A stretch of 64,000 nt of DNA from contig CM120642.1 of assembly GCA_051362555.1 (NCBI GenBank), positions 9,362,001 through 9,426,000 of the forward strand, written 5' to 3'. Position 1 is the first letter of the stretch, and the number at the start of each line of letters is the position of its first letter. Shown one piece after another: positions 19,615 to 34,400 of this stretch. The DNA comes from Lingula anatina (lineage: Eukaryota; Animalia; Brachiopoda). The notes under the pieces are model-generated. The model saw only the letters and a list, made by a program, of their open reading frames with translations, made no database searches and was not told the origin of the DNA. The position numbers and the translations under genes are program-made.

Positions 19615-22600
19615 ATGTCATCGAACGTTGGAAAGAGGGATGGGACTGCAAATGAAAGGTATTTGTAAGCGTTTTAATATACAATCGAAGTAGTTTAAGT
19701 CGAATATAAAGGCCGGAATATAAAGTCGGTATTTTAGTTCAATATTCAGACCATTATATTAATTTGAAATTGAACTGCGATCCAGCTATTTATTCTGACT
19801 CTTTTTGTACTATCTCCCCCACCGTGTAACTTCTTGATTTTCAATATATTCTGTTAATTAATATATGTGGTGACTTTGAGCTATATCTCCCCTATGCGAA
19901 TAAGTTAGTTTGGTTATTCTTTCAGTTTCACTAATACAACGATATTTTTACATCAAATATCATGCCATTATAATTAATGGAACCCAAAGAAAATATAAGA
20001 AATATTGGTAGACAAATGATTTGTTTTGAAGGGACTTAAAGCCGGAGGTAAATGAATTTTGTCAAGACCACTTTATCAACTGACTGATCATGAATCAATG
20101 CATGTTAAAACTGGAGAATTTTTTTTCTAAAATCAAGCTGACGGAACTCACAAGAATGTAATTGTCTTTTTACTTGAAGGAGGGAAATGCTTCTGAGAAG
20201 ACTGCAGAAGCAGAAAGAGGCCCAGCAGAAGGCTCTGAACATACTCCAGCAGACATTAGATGGTGCAGTGACCCAAGACTTTGTCTTTGAAAATGTGTGT
20301 ATTGTGAAAAATTACTACTGTCTTTATATTAGAATATATTTGGATTACATTTAATAAACAGAAGTTTCGTCTATGCTATAGTGACAGCATTTAATCACCT
20401 CTTACTTTTTATCTCATGGTTTATGTTATCAAGATAATAAATTAATCAAGTCATTTAGGTAAATGAAATGTGACACTAATAGCTGTGAATGAATAGAATG
20501 CCTTTTCTCTTTTTTTATTATTTCTTTTTAGATTCAAAGTTTTCTTCTTTCTTCTTTTTAGGCTCATTACATAGACCCACCTGTCTACCAAGATATTGTT
20601 GAAGAGAGACACTTGGCCAAGTTGTGTGGTTATCTACTCTGTGGCCAAGAACTAGGACAGGTACGGTATTTCACCGTGAAGTAACTAGTTAATTATACAG
20701 GGTATTGAAACTTTTCCTTTTTCAGTGGTGGTGCTCTATCATAAATAAATTAACCTGTGTTATTTGAATTAAAGTGTTAGTGGTTGATATAATTTTAAAT
20801 TTTCATTTTCGTAATGGTAGACTGTCATATATTGGGTAAAATATACATTGTATTTTTCATCAGATCCCTAAGCAAAAATACCACATATCTGCTAAGAATA
20901 ACAGGGTATATGACATAAGTGAAAGGAAGGTAGGTAAAGTGCTTGGAGTCAGTAATACTTGTATTCAAGAACACACCTCAAGTAAATTAGTTCCACAAAG
21001 GATAAATACATTTAATTTAACTAATTTTTAGGAATTGAAAAGTTTTTAAAGTTGTGAAAAGTATTATTCCAATTGTAGATACTTTGGATAGATTAAAATA
21101 TTTGTTAAAATATAGTTAATCTTACTTTACTACATCTGATAATAACTAGAAAAAAGTGGAATAAAAATTTGAAGAATTGCCCTGAAAACTGCAAGCCTTC
21201 ATGAAATATGGCATTACCTGGCATGTTAACATCCATGTTACAGAAATTCTGCAGCAACCGATGTTATAAGGCCTCAAGTTATCTCCAGCAGCAGCTTCTC
21301 ACCTCCCCACTGTACCTGAGAGACCAGGAGACACCTGTCACCATTCAGCTACTGCCTAATAACTGTCACATGTAGGTGAAACATTCACTGTAATAAGTTT
21401 ATTGCCATTTTTACACATCCAGTTTAGATGATATATTTAGCACAGTTTTTAACATCTGTGTCAGAATTTTATTTACATAGACATACTATGTCTATTAATG
21501 TATGGTTACAATGACTACCATAATGATGACTTTTTGTCTTCCTCAAGAACACTAACAGGTTAAGCCATTGTCATCAATCAGGTGAACCATCAGTGACCAG
21601 CCAAAATTTTCCTGAGGAGGACACATTATCTTAGCCATAATGATTTTTTTATTGATAGACAGTGTAAATCCAGCTATACATGTGATCAGATGTAAAAAAT
21701 TGTGTTCAGTTTGTTACGTCTGGGCCTGTTTCATTGTAAAACAGACTCGGTGTCTTCAGCTAGTTGGATTAATTCTGATTTGTCTTGGGTCAAAAATGGA
21801 AACAAAATGGCCCAAGCACTAACATTTAATAAGAGTAATTATGAATGATAGTGTTATTAATGCGAGCAGTGCTTACAGCTGAAAAAAAGAATGGTGAAAC
21901 TTAATAGATAATCAAAAGCATATAGTATAATTTAGTTAATACCCCCTTTACACTGGACGGCGTCCTTTCTGCGTCCTTTCTGCGACCATTTAATTTGGCA
22001 TCGCTATGGTCTTACTAAGGAGGCACGAGCATTGATTTTGTATCAGAATGAATGCTCAATGATCGGCCAGTTGTCGGCACGTAAAGTATTATAATTTTTC
22101 AACTCTCAAATGGCGCCGTACTGCTGGACGCAGAAAGGACGCCGTCCAGTGTAAAGGGGCCCTAAATGGTGAAAACAAGATGTTTGTCAGTGAATTTTTT
22201 TTGTAAGAATATTTTAAAGACAAGTAATTCATATTATGTTAATTATGTTAATTTTGAAACTAATAGCCTTAGTTTTGTATTTTTTTTCCAGAGGCAATGC
22301 AGCAGAAACCATTATAACAAAAGAACAGTCTCAAATAGCGTTAGAATTGAGAAATACTGAGTTAGAAGACCAGCGAAAAAGAGGAATGACAGTTAAAACC
22401 AGGAGGACGACAAAAAATGTGGAAATAGCCACAGAGGATGGCAAAGAGGAAACACAAAACCAGTTCACTTCTGTTGCAGATATGTCGCCCTCAACAGAAG
22501 AGCAGATTTCCAGCCATGTCATGTCAAGAGAGATTAAAGAAAAGGAACATGTTTTGTTACAGACAAGTCCAAAGCATGTGCACACAGAAAAAGTCATGGT

Positions 22601-25600
22601 ATCATCCAGGAGTACTGATATTGCTGATACAAATTCTGGTATAGAACAGGCATTAGGTTCATCAGAAGATAAGCTGGATGAACTCCTGGTGCAAGACACA
22701 GCAAAAGTGAATATATCAGTTGGGCATGAGGACAAAAGTACAGATAAAGTCACAAAGTATGGAGTAGAAAGAAATGAGCATCATGATGCCCAAAATGCAG
22801 GTGGCCAGAGTAGGAAAAATGTATTTGGACTAATCCACACCTCACCAAAACATTCAAATACAGACTTGGATGCAGATGATGATGAAGATGGTGATGATGG
22901 TGGTATTGAAATGAGTGGTAGCCATGGTAACCATGATGATGCACAGCAGGACAAAGTAACTTATTTAATGGAACTTTTAGCCAAAAGGGAGAAAATGCTG
23001 CAAAAGTCTAGTTCATTAAAAAATCAGGATAATTCTTCCTCTACACAAAGTTCTGGACCAGAAAATGGTGCTTTTAACAAAGATCCAAAGACAAATGAAA
23101 AAGATTGTGATACTTTGAAAACTGTTGATGCCTGTTCTAAAGAAACTGATCTCAAAGTCCATGTAAGTAAAGGGCATCCTCAAATTTCCAGCAGAAAGTC
23201 AGAATTGCAGACAGTTAGAAAAGAGTCTTGTATAGATTTGTTAAGTCAGATTGAAAAGGCAATCTTAGAATGGACTACTGAATCCACTATAGAGTACCTT
23301 ACAGGTGACAAAGCATCAAAGCAAAAGATAATAAAGAAACAAGAATTTGATGAAAAATATGCTGAAATGGGTCGAAGGGTTCACCTGAAACAGCTGGACT
23401 TGGATAGTGCTGGACTCTATGAGGCTGGTAACATGGAAGGGGAGAGGCAAGGAGGAGGAAAGCTTCCAGACATGAAAACTCTTCAGAAGGATGGGCAGGA
23501 GTTTGGACTAAAGGTGACAGAATTCTATAAAGGCAGCACTGCTTATTCTGTGGAAGTCCAGGATGAAAGTGGTGCTGTCGAAAAGAAAGGCAGTGGAGAT
23601 GAGAAGGTATTTGAAGATGTTTCTTGCACTTTTTTTTTTTTTTTCATTTCTGAATTTCTTGATGGTAGAAACTTAATTTAACTTTGTCAAGTTGGGATGA
23701 TGATAAACTGATATTGTTTTTGACAAGTTGCTACAAATTGATGAGAAAAAATGCAGATTTCCTTGTTTTTAATCTAACAACATTTAGATATATTTACCAG
23801 TAATTTGCCTTGTAAGCTGCTATCTCCACATCCTCCCATTTGCTCGAGATCATATGTTAAATGTACAGTAGTTTGTCTTGTCTTTTAACTCTTAGTCAGA
23901 GGAGGAGCCTATTCTTCCCATGGTGGACCATTACTCACAGCAACAGATAAGAAAGAAAATTGTTTTGGAAAGGTTGAGTAAAATGTGAGGATTGATATTT
24001 ATTACAAATATTTGAAAATGGTTTTATAAATATGTGCTAGCTTGCCTCAAACAACACATACAGTTGAATCCCAGATGTATAATTTTGCAATGTGTTTTTT
24101 TAATTGAGAAATTTTCATGTAATAGTAGATTGACTAAATGAATGTTTCTTTTTGGAAAAAAAAAAATTGAGATAAATGTATGCATGTTATTTGATGAAAT
24201 CAAAAATATAAACAATGAAATGTTGACTGGAGAAAGTAGTCCATTAGAGATACTTTAAATATGCGCAATGAAAACCTTACAGTAATGGCATTTTCAGTCT
24301 CCCAGATCTTTTGGTACCCCTGAACCTGCCTCTACAAGAAGTTTCAGCAGAACTACGACTACTGGTTGGGACTTTCAGGTTAGTTTGAAAGACATTCAGC
24401 TCATATTCTTTTCTGTTTATGATATCCATTTTGGCATAAGACAACAATATTGACATTCACTAAGAAACTTAAATGTGCTTTAAAATATATTGTTTGATTT
24501 TTTTATTGCTAACTAAATTATTGATTTCAAGTTAAAAGTAATACAAATGCAGTCAAAACAAAGTAGAAATGTAACGATCCAAACAGTTTTGTATTACAAG
24601 CAAGCATTTTTCATAGGCTGATTCTTAAAGTGGTTCATTATGGTGTAATGTCTTCATTTCAATCTATGCAGTGAATATTGGAGTGTCTTTTATGATTTAT
24701 AACATTATAGTGTAAAATGATTTCATTTTTTAGCTTGGGTAGCCATAATATCCTGTTTAGAAGCGTGGAATGGAATATTGTAGCCATAGCCCTGCTTAAA
24801 ATGTAAGTGAAATTTTTTTATTAATATCTCATAAAATGTTATTGGAAAGTACGTTAACTTTGCCACAGTAGTTAAGTAATGAGAAAAATCATTATTTTTA
24901 TAGACCCTGTAATCTCTTACAAAATACAATAGTGTGATTTATCAGGAGGAGTCAACACAAATTCAGAATGATGTATATAGAAAATATCACTAGCATGTGC
25001 TGCCCTCTTCTGGAACAATGTATGTGAACTGTAGTGTAACAACCACATCACAGCTGAATAAATGTGTCTGTCATGCATGTGTAAAGGAGCAATTTTCACT
25101 TCAAGATTAATAGCAGGAAATGTTACACACTATTTAGTTCATGAATATGAAACATACATTTGGAAAATACCATTAATCTGAATGCCAAGATTTAAGTGTC
25201 AAATAGACTTGCTATGTGGTGTTTTTTTCTGCCAGAGGATAGTTGCACTTGTTGGTGGTGACACCTACTGGAGGAAGATGAATTTCTGAATGAGTGCATT
25301 AAATGAACTGTAGCATTCTTAAATTATGCATTCTTTCACTCAATTTTGTCCACCTGTCTGTTAGGCAAACACAGGTCTTTTCATCAACTTTTCTAATCTT
25401 AGTCACTGTGTCAATATTTACCTGCAAAGTTGTCTACGATATTGGGGATAATTATAGCAAAGATCTTTTCATGCTTTAAGCGTGACCACCAAAATATTTC
25501 TACTGTTTTTGTGGGCTTGCATTATGATAATAACTGCATTCTCATATAACAGCCGGCGTAAGTTAATTCAGTGGATTATGAAACATAAGCTGGAGAATTT

Positions 25601-28600
25601 TAAAGAAAAAAGGAACAAAGGCGGAGTCAGGTAAACAAAATTGTTTACCCTTTTTGCGTTATGTTATTATTGCATCTTATTGATTTGTTTGTGGGTAAAT
25701 AACTTCTGTTTGCTGCTCTTTGAATTCACCAGGAAGGAAAAAGAATGCCTGTGTTTAGGATAATAACTATGTATTATTTATCATATTATTGCACATCATT
25801 AAGATGACAACTTGCTGGTAGACAAAGGGAAGTTGGAGAGCGGTTGGGCTTTGCTTCTGATAGAATAAAGTTGTTCTTTCTTCATATGCTTTAAGGCACC
25901 AGAAGCAGTACACACACACACGTGTACGTATGCACACACACACAGCAAAATTTAATTTTCTTTGAGATTTTGGCTCTTATCGCCAAGGTATGCCATATCT
26001 AAAGCCATTCCTTGAACCTCTTTTTGAGTTTTAAGTTTCTAATTTTTTTAGCCACTGTCATTATGGAGATAGAGACTGATAAATTTCACTTGTGACAGTA
26101 GAAATGAAAATTTTAGAATTTGAAAACTGGTTTAAAGAGAGTAATTTTTACATCAGTTTTGGATACCTTTGTGAAAAAGAAAAAATTATATCAAGATATT
26201 TGTTTATGTAAAGTTCTTACATGCATTCTATGCCTTTAAAAGTAAATGAAGGTTTTTATAATTTAATACTAGATTTACAGTAAGTCTTATTGGCAAAATT
26301 GCCTCTCTGTCTTGAAGACTTATTTGGTCTACTGAGAATAAAAGTGGAACTATTCTCGGTCTTGTTACATAACCTTAGATGTTTGATCACCCTATCACAT
26401 GTTCTGGACAGGGTGGGGTTCTCATCATAATCCCAGGACGACCTAGACAAATTTGCTCCAGCTAAAGTGACAAAATAGCATTTAGATATATGAGATGTCT
26501 AATATAAGGATATATCTTTGAAATAAATGAAAAATTTGCATTAAGGGTTATTTTTCAAATGTTAAGTTTTTTTCTAGTCGAAGAGTTTATTTTTCAGAAT
26601 GAATTACAAGGGATTGTTTGTATTTTCAGCAAGGTCAATTGCCATCACAGACTTGCTTTGCCCTTGATTTCATATAATAAAGCCTCCACAGGCACACAGA
26701 ATATCAACATGATCTTAATGAAAAATTGTGTCTGTTATTGGCTTTGATTTATGACAGAAATTCAACAATATTGAGTCGAGTGTTTCAATTGCATGATAAT
26801 GGTAGGAGTAATACAGCTTGGTCATTGGTCACTGTAACTTAATTCATACATTCAGCTGGTAAAGATCAGGATTTTATTATTAAATCCAATATGAGTTGAC
26901 TGGGACCTGCTCTTGTATTACTATTTTTTGTTTTTGTATATCAGGACTTGCCCTAGGGTGTGGCAAAATATGGATTAGTCTGCCGGGACCTATTTCCTGC
27001 TGTGGGGTGTTAGGGATGTTGCATGTTACTGGTGATTTTTAGCTATGGTGTCTCTGGCAGTCAGAACATTTCAGAATTTATTTTATACAAAGCAGGACAT
27101 ACGTATTTCAGTTAATGCATGATAACAATATTTTTTATCACTGAAGATGAAATGCTTAAGTAGACTATAAGCAATTGAATGCCAGAAAAGAAAAGTTGTA
27201 TGTTAAATTAGGATGTATAAAGATGTTCTGTTCATCCTTTTTCAAGTCTGCAAAATGTGGAATAAAGAAATACATATTTACTTAGTAAAAAAAAACACTT
27301 CAAATAATATGATAATAGGAAACATAAATGATGCATATAAGGGGTGAGATTATGAAGAACTGTAACAACATATACCCTTTTATTTCATTCCCATCACCAT
27401 TCAGACTGATGCTTGAAACAAATATGTGGAACAATGTCAAGAATTTCAAGGTTTGAACTTGAAAGATTATGAAAAGGGCAGCTTTCTTATTGTATAAAAA
27501 ACCTCTTGTACAAATTTGTTTAATGTCAAAATGACAATAATCTGAGTCAGAGTCTGTCTTGAATGGTACACCAGCAGAGTTCAATGCCGATATTCTAAGA
27601 TGGTTTTTCACAGAAAATTCAATTTTAAAAGCATTAAGAGGCCTTTCACTGATTGCAGAGCCATCACTGTTGAATTTGATTTTGAAAATCTGCACAGACT
27701 GAGTAATACAATAGATAGATAACACATTCATGGCAGCAGTGATGTTTGAGTAGGCAAAATCCTTAATCAGGGCCACAATACATTACGTGAGGAGCCAAAG
27801 AGGTGTATGCATAATATGCAGCCAAAGCAATCCTTGATCATGGCTTCACAGGCTTGATATCGGCTTGGATACATGAATTATGGTGATATGAAGGTGCACA
27901 ACACATGGTGCAATTTCGGCAGGTCCGCTAGGTACCAAAGGAAATCAGAAGGCCACTCTACTCTATGAGATGATAGAATTAGAAGGCACCTGGTAGGCCT
28001 TAGTGTGTCAAATTAAAGGCAATCAGTATTGACATATTACATATGGTTCTCACAAATCTATGCTCCAAGTGGCTGTAATTGCAGGGTTATTAGAAGTTAT
28101 ATCTGATGGGGAATCATTAGTCTTATGTGTGACAGCCACAAAATGGACACCGTGGTACTTATACAAACAGAAATGGTGGAATAATGACTGTCCCATTGCT
28201 GTAGAGGACATATGGCGGTCACTTGGGATGGGGGGTGATTGAGCGATTAACTTTTATGTCCTATTCCCAATTTCATCATCATCATCATCATCGTCTATTT
28301 TTTTTTTTTTTTTTTTTTTGTACTGTGTGATAAGAAGTGTAGTAAAAGAATTGCATATTGACTGTCATTGTAACCTTAAGAAGAATGTCAGACAAATGGA
28401 ATAAGATTACAACATTGTGATTACCTTCCTTCCTTCTTTATTTATCTTTTTTGAGTGAATCAGACTTGTTAGACTGTTTTGGTTGTCTGTCAATTTTAAG
28501 GGATAAAGAATGGCTGTTTTTTAAATGGTTTTTGACTTTTTCTGTTGTCCTTGATTTATGCTGTATACATTGAGATGAGGAACAAACAGTTTCTCAATGT

Positions 28601-29322
28601 ATGAAATGACAAATGTCCCATAAAATTAGATTTGAGCTCATGATATCTTTGTCCTTATCATAATAATGTCTTAAGATGCATTTGACAGCATAAACAAGCA
28701 ACATATGATTTTTGACTGATTTTTAAAATATTTATTTATTTATTTTGAAGCTGGCAATAAAAATTTAATTATTGCATATGTCACCTGAAAAGGGTACCAG
28801 GCATCATTAAAAATCAAAGGCATGTAATAATTGTTCGCAGGAATTCTTGCACACAATTTCTGTTATGAGGAGAGAAGCCATTCAGATACAAAAAAAACAT
28901 TTCTGTGTTAACGCACCCAGTATCATTTAAATTCACAAAATGTCTTCTATAATATTCATTAAAGAGATCTTTTTTTTTTTCTTTTTAAAGAAGTCAAAAG
29001 TAGCACATGGATAGGTTACAGAAACACAATATCAGCATTTTTTATGGGCCAAGTCCTGTGTTAAAGTATCTAGCACTAGGTTATCAATTAAGATATTTTT
29101 TCCTGGTAATCTGTTGTTTATTATAAAATATAATTCTAATGATTGGCCCCAAATGGGCTATCATGTTGTGCAAGAAAGATTATTAAATCATTTTTGAGAG
29201 TCCTTTTGGGTGCACCTGGTATCATGGCACACGGTTCATCTACCATCATGTTCGTCATGTTCTGAGTATTTGGAGAAGTAGCAATCTAAGATTTAACCTT
29301 GCATCAGGCTTTTGCAGTACCA

Positions 29323-29397
<75 letters not shown>

Positions 29398-31440
29398 GGG
29401 GGGGAAGCATATGCTTGCATGAAATGATGACACTTGGATACGTGGAATGACCAAAAATGTTGCTGAGAGTGGAAATCATCTGCGTGATGTCATGTAAGAC
29501 CAGAATCCATGTGAGATGGGGCTAAAGGTATCTTTTAGCAATAAGGGTGAAACTCTATGCACCAGTCATTTTTGTAAGCAATACAACAGTCAAGTGCTAA
29601 ACTCCACGATGGATGGGTCCTACCCTGGTAGATTTGAATTAGTGCTGTGTAGATGATTTAGGCCATGACAGTGGCTGATGGATGTTATTGTTGCAGGGAA
29701 AGCAGCAGTGTTACCCAGTAGATCCAGCTAAATAACAGATTTTTTTTTTAGTTTTTGTTGTTGTTGTTGCATTACAATGCTTTAAAGGACAATGACTTGT
29801 TTCCTGTGCCAATTTTTACTGAAAGCTTCAAACAGGATCAAAGACCAAAGCTGCATGAATTAATATGTGTTTAAGTTTATCAGCAAGCATCACTAATCAA
29901 CATGATGTTTATTGTATGGTATATTCCAAAATTCTAATTCAATTCTTCCTGAAAGAAAGGCAGCTATTTATGATCAGCTAGGAATGCACGCATGCACATG
30001 CAACCCGCTTTTCATCAGTATTCACGTGCAGTAATATCACGGTTGTAGTCTAGCCATAATAAGTTAGGCTCCCCTCTACTCTCTGAATACTAAAGTTACC
30101 ATCAATATAAACTGGTTGGTCTTCACTGGTCCCTCAGGTAAATTAGAAGAAAGTTAGACTAAATCATCCAGACATGGACTCTCAGAGGCCCTCAAATAAT
30201 ATGGCGGAATGGGGGAAATCTGGCCGTCCCGAGAAACAGTGGGTGGGTCTTGATTGCTAAATCACATAGACTCTGCAGCTGAGTCTTCCCCCTGCTTTGG
30301 TCACTTCCCTTAAATTTTCAATACATGTATATATATTGGTAAATACATGTATTCAGAATTTTGTTAATTTATTCACTTTTAAAAGATCGCAGGATCTGCA
30401 GTTCTATCTTTATTTTTATAATGTGAGTATTTGATATTCTCATTCTTCGCAATTTTTTTCAGTTGCTGGAGGATACACTCCTTCACACACAAATGCATGC
30501 ACACACATACACAGGCACACACTCACACGCACACACACATGCGCTAGCATGCTTTTTAACATTTGTTCCATTGTTTAGATTTGGCACCTCCACCTCCACC
30601 CCACCCCCTCTGATTTCCATAAGGGTAATAGTGTTTTACAGTAAGATATCTTTTTTTATAGCTTGTTTCATTGAATTAAAATTGACTTTTCTCCAAGTTC
30701 ATTGGCTTTCGGTCAATATGTTACATTGAAGAGCTGTTTAGATAGTAACAATCAATGGTTTGTTCTACATTTGTAGTTTTTTTGTTTTTTTTTTTTTAGT
30801 TTGCTGTATTATGGTTGGGTGGAAGTGTATCTGAAGATTGCCTACAATTATCATTATAAAAATTTTTACAACTTAGTACGTCTACAGGTGTATTTGGTTG
30901 AACTCTTCTTCATTTCTGTATTAGTTATTATAACAGCACATATGCTGAATTGTAAAGATTGTCTCTTTTGGCCAAACATGGAAGAATTTCAACAAAAATG
31001 TTTTGACCAAAATTTATAAACACATCATGTATTTTGTTGTGCTTAAAGTTTTTTCATGTTAATTCGACAGTTATTTATTTATTAATATTTTCATGCTACA
31101 TTTTGCATCATTTTACTTTTATGCATAATAGCATATTATGAGCAAAGCAATTGGTGAAGATGCATGACAGTAGCAAAAATCAACAAAAACTCTCTTGCCA
31201 ATTTATCCTTTTTGTCATCAATCTATTTATTTCATAGCTTGATGCTAGACTATGAGTGAAAAGACATGATCGAGATTGGTGACCCTTTTCACATGGAGTG
31301 GTATGCTTTAGTGTATCGGTACACTTAGACACATTGACAACTTAACAGCATGGCTATTATGTAAGGCTTTCCCCTGTATGGAACCACCCAGCTTAAACAT
31401 AGTTATATACAAGCTAGTGTACCACAAAGTTTTCCAGTAA

Positions 31441-31481
<41 letters not shown>

Positions 31482-34400
31482 CTTAAAAGATTAGGCAGCA
31501 AAATTGGACCACTTTGCATCAGCAAGGAGTCTGTTATAACTCCTTGGCATCAGCTATTGCCCCTTTCAATGATCATATGGTCAGTGTTCAAAAGTTTATA
31601 GCCATATTGTTTCTCTGTGTTGGTCTGATATCTTTTTTAGCATGTATAAACTTTGCAACCTGTACACTAGAATACCTGAGTAACAGCTCTAATGATCATG
31701 TGTAGTGGTGCGTATGTGTTAGTGTTAGTGAGGCAGTGAAGCGCGACTGGTGATGGATTGAATGCATTCCTTCCCAATCACTTTATTTTTGCAAATTGTT
31801 ATCATGAAATAAGAAATTTGTGTCTGCTAGTTGAATTCCATTTAGCAGTCATAATGTATTCTTTTTATCTCTGCCAGCTTGGGACAGTTGTTTTTACCTT
31901 TTATGTAATTTTTTTTATGGACAAAAATTGTATGGGGATCCTATCAAAGACAGAATATTATTAACATGGCTACAGGGCTGATTGAATTTTGTTTTACTGC
32001 TTTGCACTGCATTATATAATGTTTTGATTCTGTTAATTTTCATACTAATTATGTCCAATGGTCATCTTGAATAAGCCATATTCAAAACAAAGCTGCATTG
32101 ATTATGCATGAAAAAGGTTTAAAATCACTCACAGGACACATAATGGTGATGGCAGTGAATTTGTTTTGATTTAAGGAACCAGTCCAAAAGTCAATTTGGT
32201 GAATGGTTTTGTTAAAATTGAAAGTAAAACTGACATTAAGCATTCAAGGGGGGGGGGGGGGGGGGGGGGGGGGGGAATACAATAAAAATCCATTCAATTA
32301 ATTTCATGTGCCTTTTTATCACCAGCATTTTCCTTCATTGTAAGTTCCTTTGTTTTTGTTTTTTAATCATGGTGTATGAAATCATCCCTTACCTCTCTTT
32401 TATGCTATTTCAATTAAATCATGATATGGATAATGTTTTTTTTTCAGTAAGAAATTCCCTGCTGACATTTCCCCTTTTTGATAATCATTTATTCATAAGC
32501 AACACCATGTCTCTTTCATTTCTGACAAAATTTAATAGCATTTCCTGATTGATGTTCCTTTTTTCTTCACTGTTTGATACTTTCTGAAGTGACAGAGTTA
32601 TTACTGATGTTGATGTTTGACACCCATTCCATTTTGGATTATGGATGGCGTTCTAGTCGGTGACGCTGTGTAAATGTCCTTAAAATGTTACCAAGTCATC
32701 AGTCAAATTTTTTCCTCGTTTTGTGATTCCAGTTTTTAGATATCACACTTCCAGAAGTCAGTTTACCTGGAATAACATTGAAGTTATTCTTTTGTTTGAA
32801 GTATGTTTGAAGATGGAGTCTCAAATAGACTGCCTGATGTTGATGTTTCACTGTGTCTTTGGTGTGTCTTCTATCATGCTGTATACTTACTATATAGACT
32901 ACTTCATAGCAGACTCCTTCAGTTTCCTAAAGTAAAGTGATCAGGACAACAAGCAGGTGGACAGCTCAATTGACAAATAAAAAAAGTCTCCCTAAGGTGA
33001 CAGAGTTGTTCGATTGCAATCAAGCTATCTTAGTATTAGTAAAAAATAGGTTTGATGCAGAATGAATAGCTGATAGAATGTCAGATACTGTAAAAAAAAT
33101 CTCCCCCACCCCCCAATTGGTTCTAGTCTGCTTAATAATATCTGGTTTTCATCTGGTTTTTATCTGGTTTGAAAGGTAACGTGATGAATAGCCAGATTTC
33201 CAAATTAAACCAATTTTAGGAATGACCAGATTAAACTAGACAAAGAATAAAAAACTTGTATGATTTCACTCTGTGGCAAGCAAAGCCAATTGTTATGGAC
33301 CAGTTGTCCTCTCTAACCTCAACATAAGATGTTTTCTTTGATAAATGGCTTTACTTTTGACACCTGTGACCTCTCCATTCAGGGACAAGCTAAGATTTTA
33401 TTTGCCTCGCCAATGAGATTTTTCCTGGGTGCTTAATTGTGCAGAGCCGCCTAAATATACCTGTGGGAATATAGGGATTTGCATACTGATCTTTTGTTTC
33501 ATGTATTTTTTGTTTGTTTGCTTGCTTGCTTGTTTAACCTGTTGAACACAGAGGTATGTGAAAAGCCAACAGAGGTTATTTTCACAGAATTACTGATATT
33601 TTACCAAATTTATTCCACGATATCTTTGGTATTCTGTATGATTGTCAAATTTTTATATGTTTATCTATATTTCATTCAAATTATGATTTCTATATAGTAT
33701 ACATTACTTTTTTCAAAAATTGATTTGTAAGTAAAACCAATCAACAGATCTGCAATAAACATGATCATCATGAAATTTCTTTTTAGTTTTGCCAGTCATC
33801 TAAGTTATTGCTGCCTGTCCAAGAATCAAAGCATCTTGAATATTCCACTTTGTTAAAAACTTTAACTTGATATCTGAATGAATAAATGCCCTGGAGTTTG
33901 GGAATATAACAGTATAAGAAGAAGTATTACATAATTTTTTTTATTCAATAGTCATGATTTAGATTTCAGAATTTTTTTTTATTCAACAGTCATGATTTAG
34001 ATTTCAAAAATTTTACATGACCCCCAAATTTGATTACACTGTATTTCTCAGAGCGTTCATGGTCCCATGTAAACTTAGCCTGGCGGGATCACTAGGGCAG
34101 ATTTCTTGCCCAGAAATATAATTACACTTGCAAACTTGAGTCAAAACACTAGACCCTGCAGTCGTATTCCTTTCCAATCACCTGACACTGGGAAACTATC
34201 AAATTAAAATTGAGTTAGATAAAAAAGGTCAGGTTTTGCTGACGCATTTCATTTGTGCTCCCTTGTTTCAGTGAAGTATCTTTTGTTCTTCCCCCAGGTA
34301 TTGCAAAAACATTTATACATCTTTTCTTGGTAAATCTAATGAAATACCTAAACAAGGGCCCCAGAGGTTTACTTTCATTAGCCCCAAATAAGTATTCCGA

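Noticed and set aside
22331-22944. Antisense ORFs of 140 and 64 aa (His-rich)
   Set aside because: Shadow frames of the large RPAP2 exon.
27300-28242. 158-aa minus ORF and neighbouring 60-aa ORF as a nested gene or decayed retroelement
   Set aside because: No recognisable motifs, splice structure or termini; a BLASTX/RepeatMasker search would be needed.
29255-30729. His/Thr-rich short ORFs (also 56196-56417 and 45449-45682)
   Set aside because: Translations of CA, GA and TTTA microsatellites.
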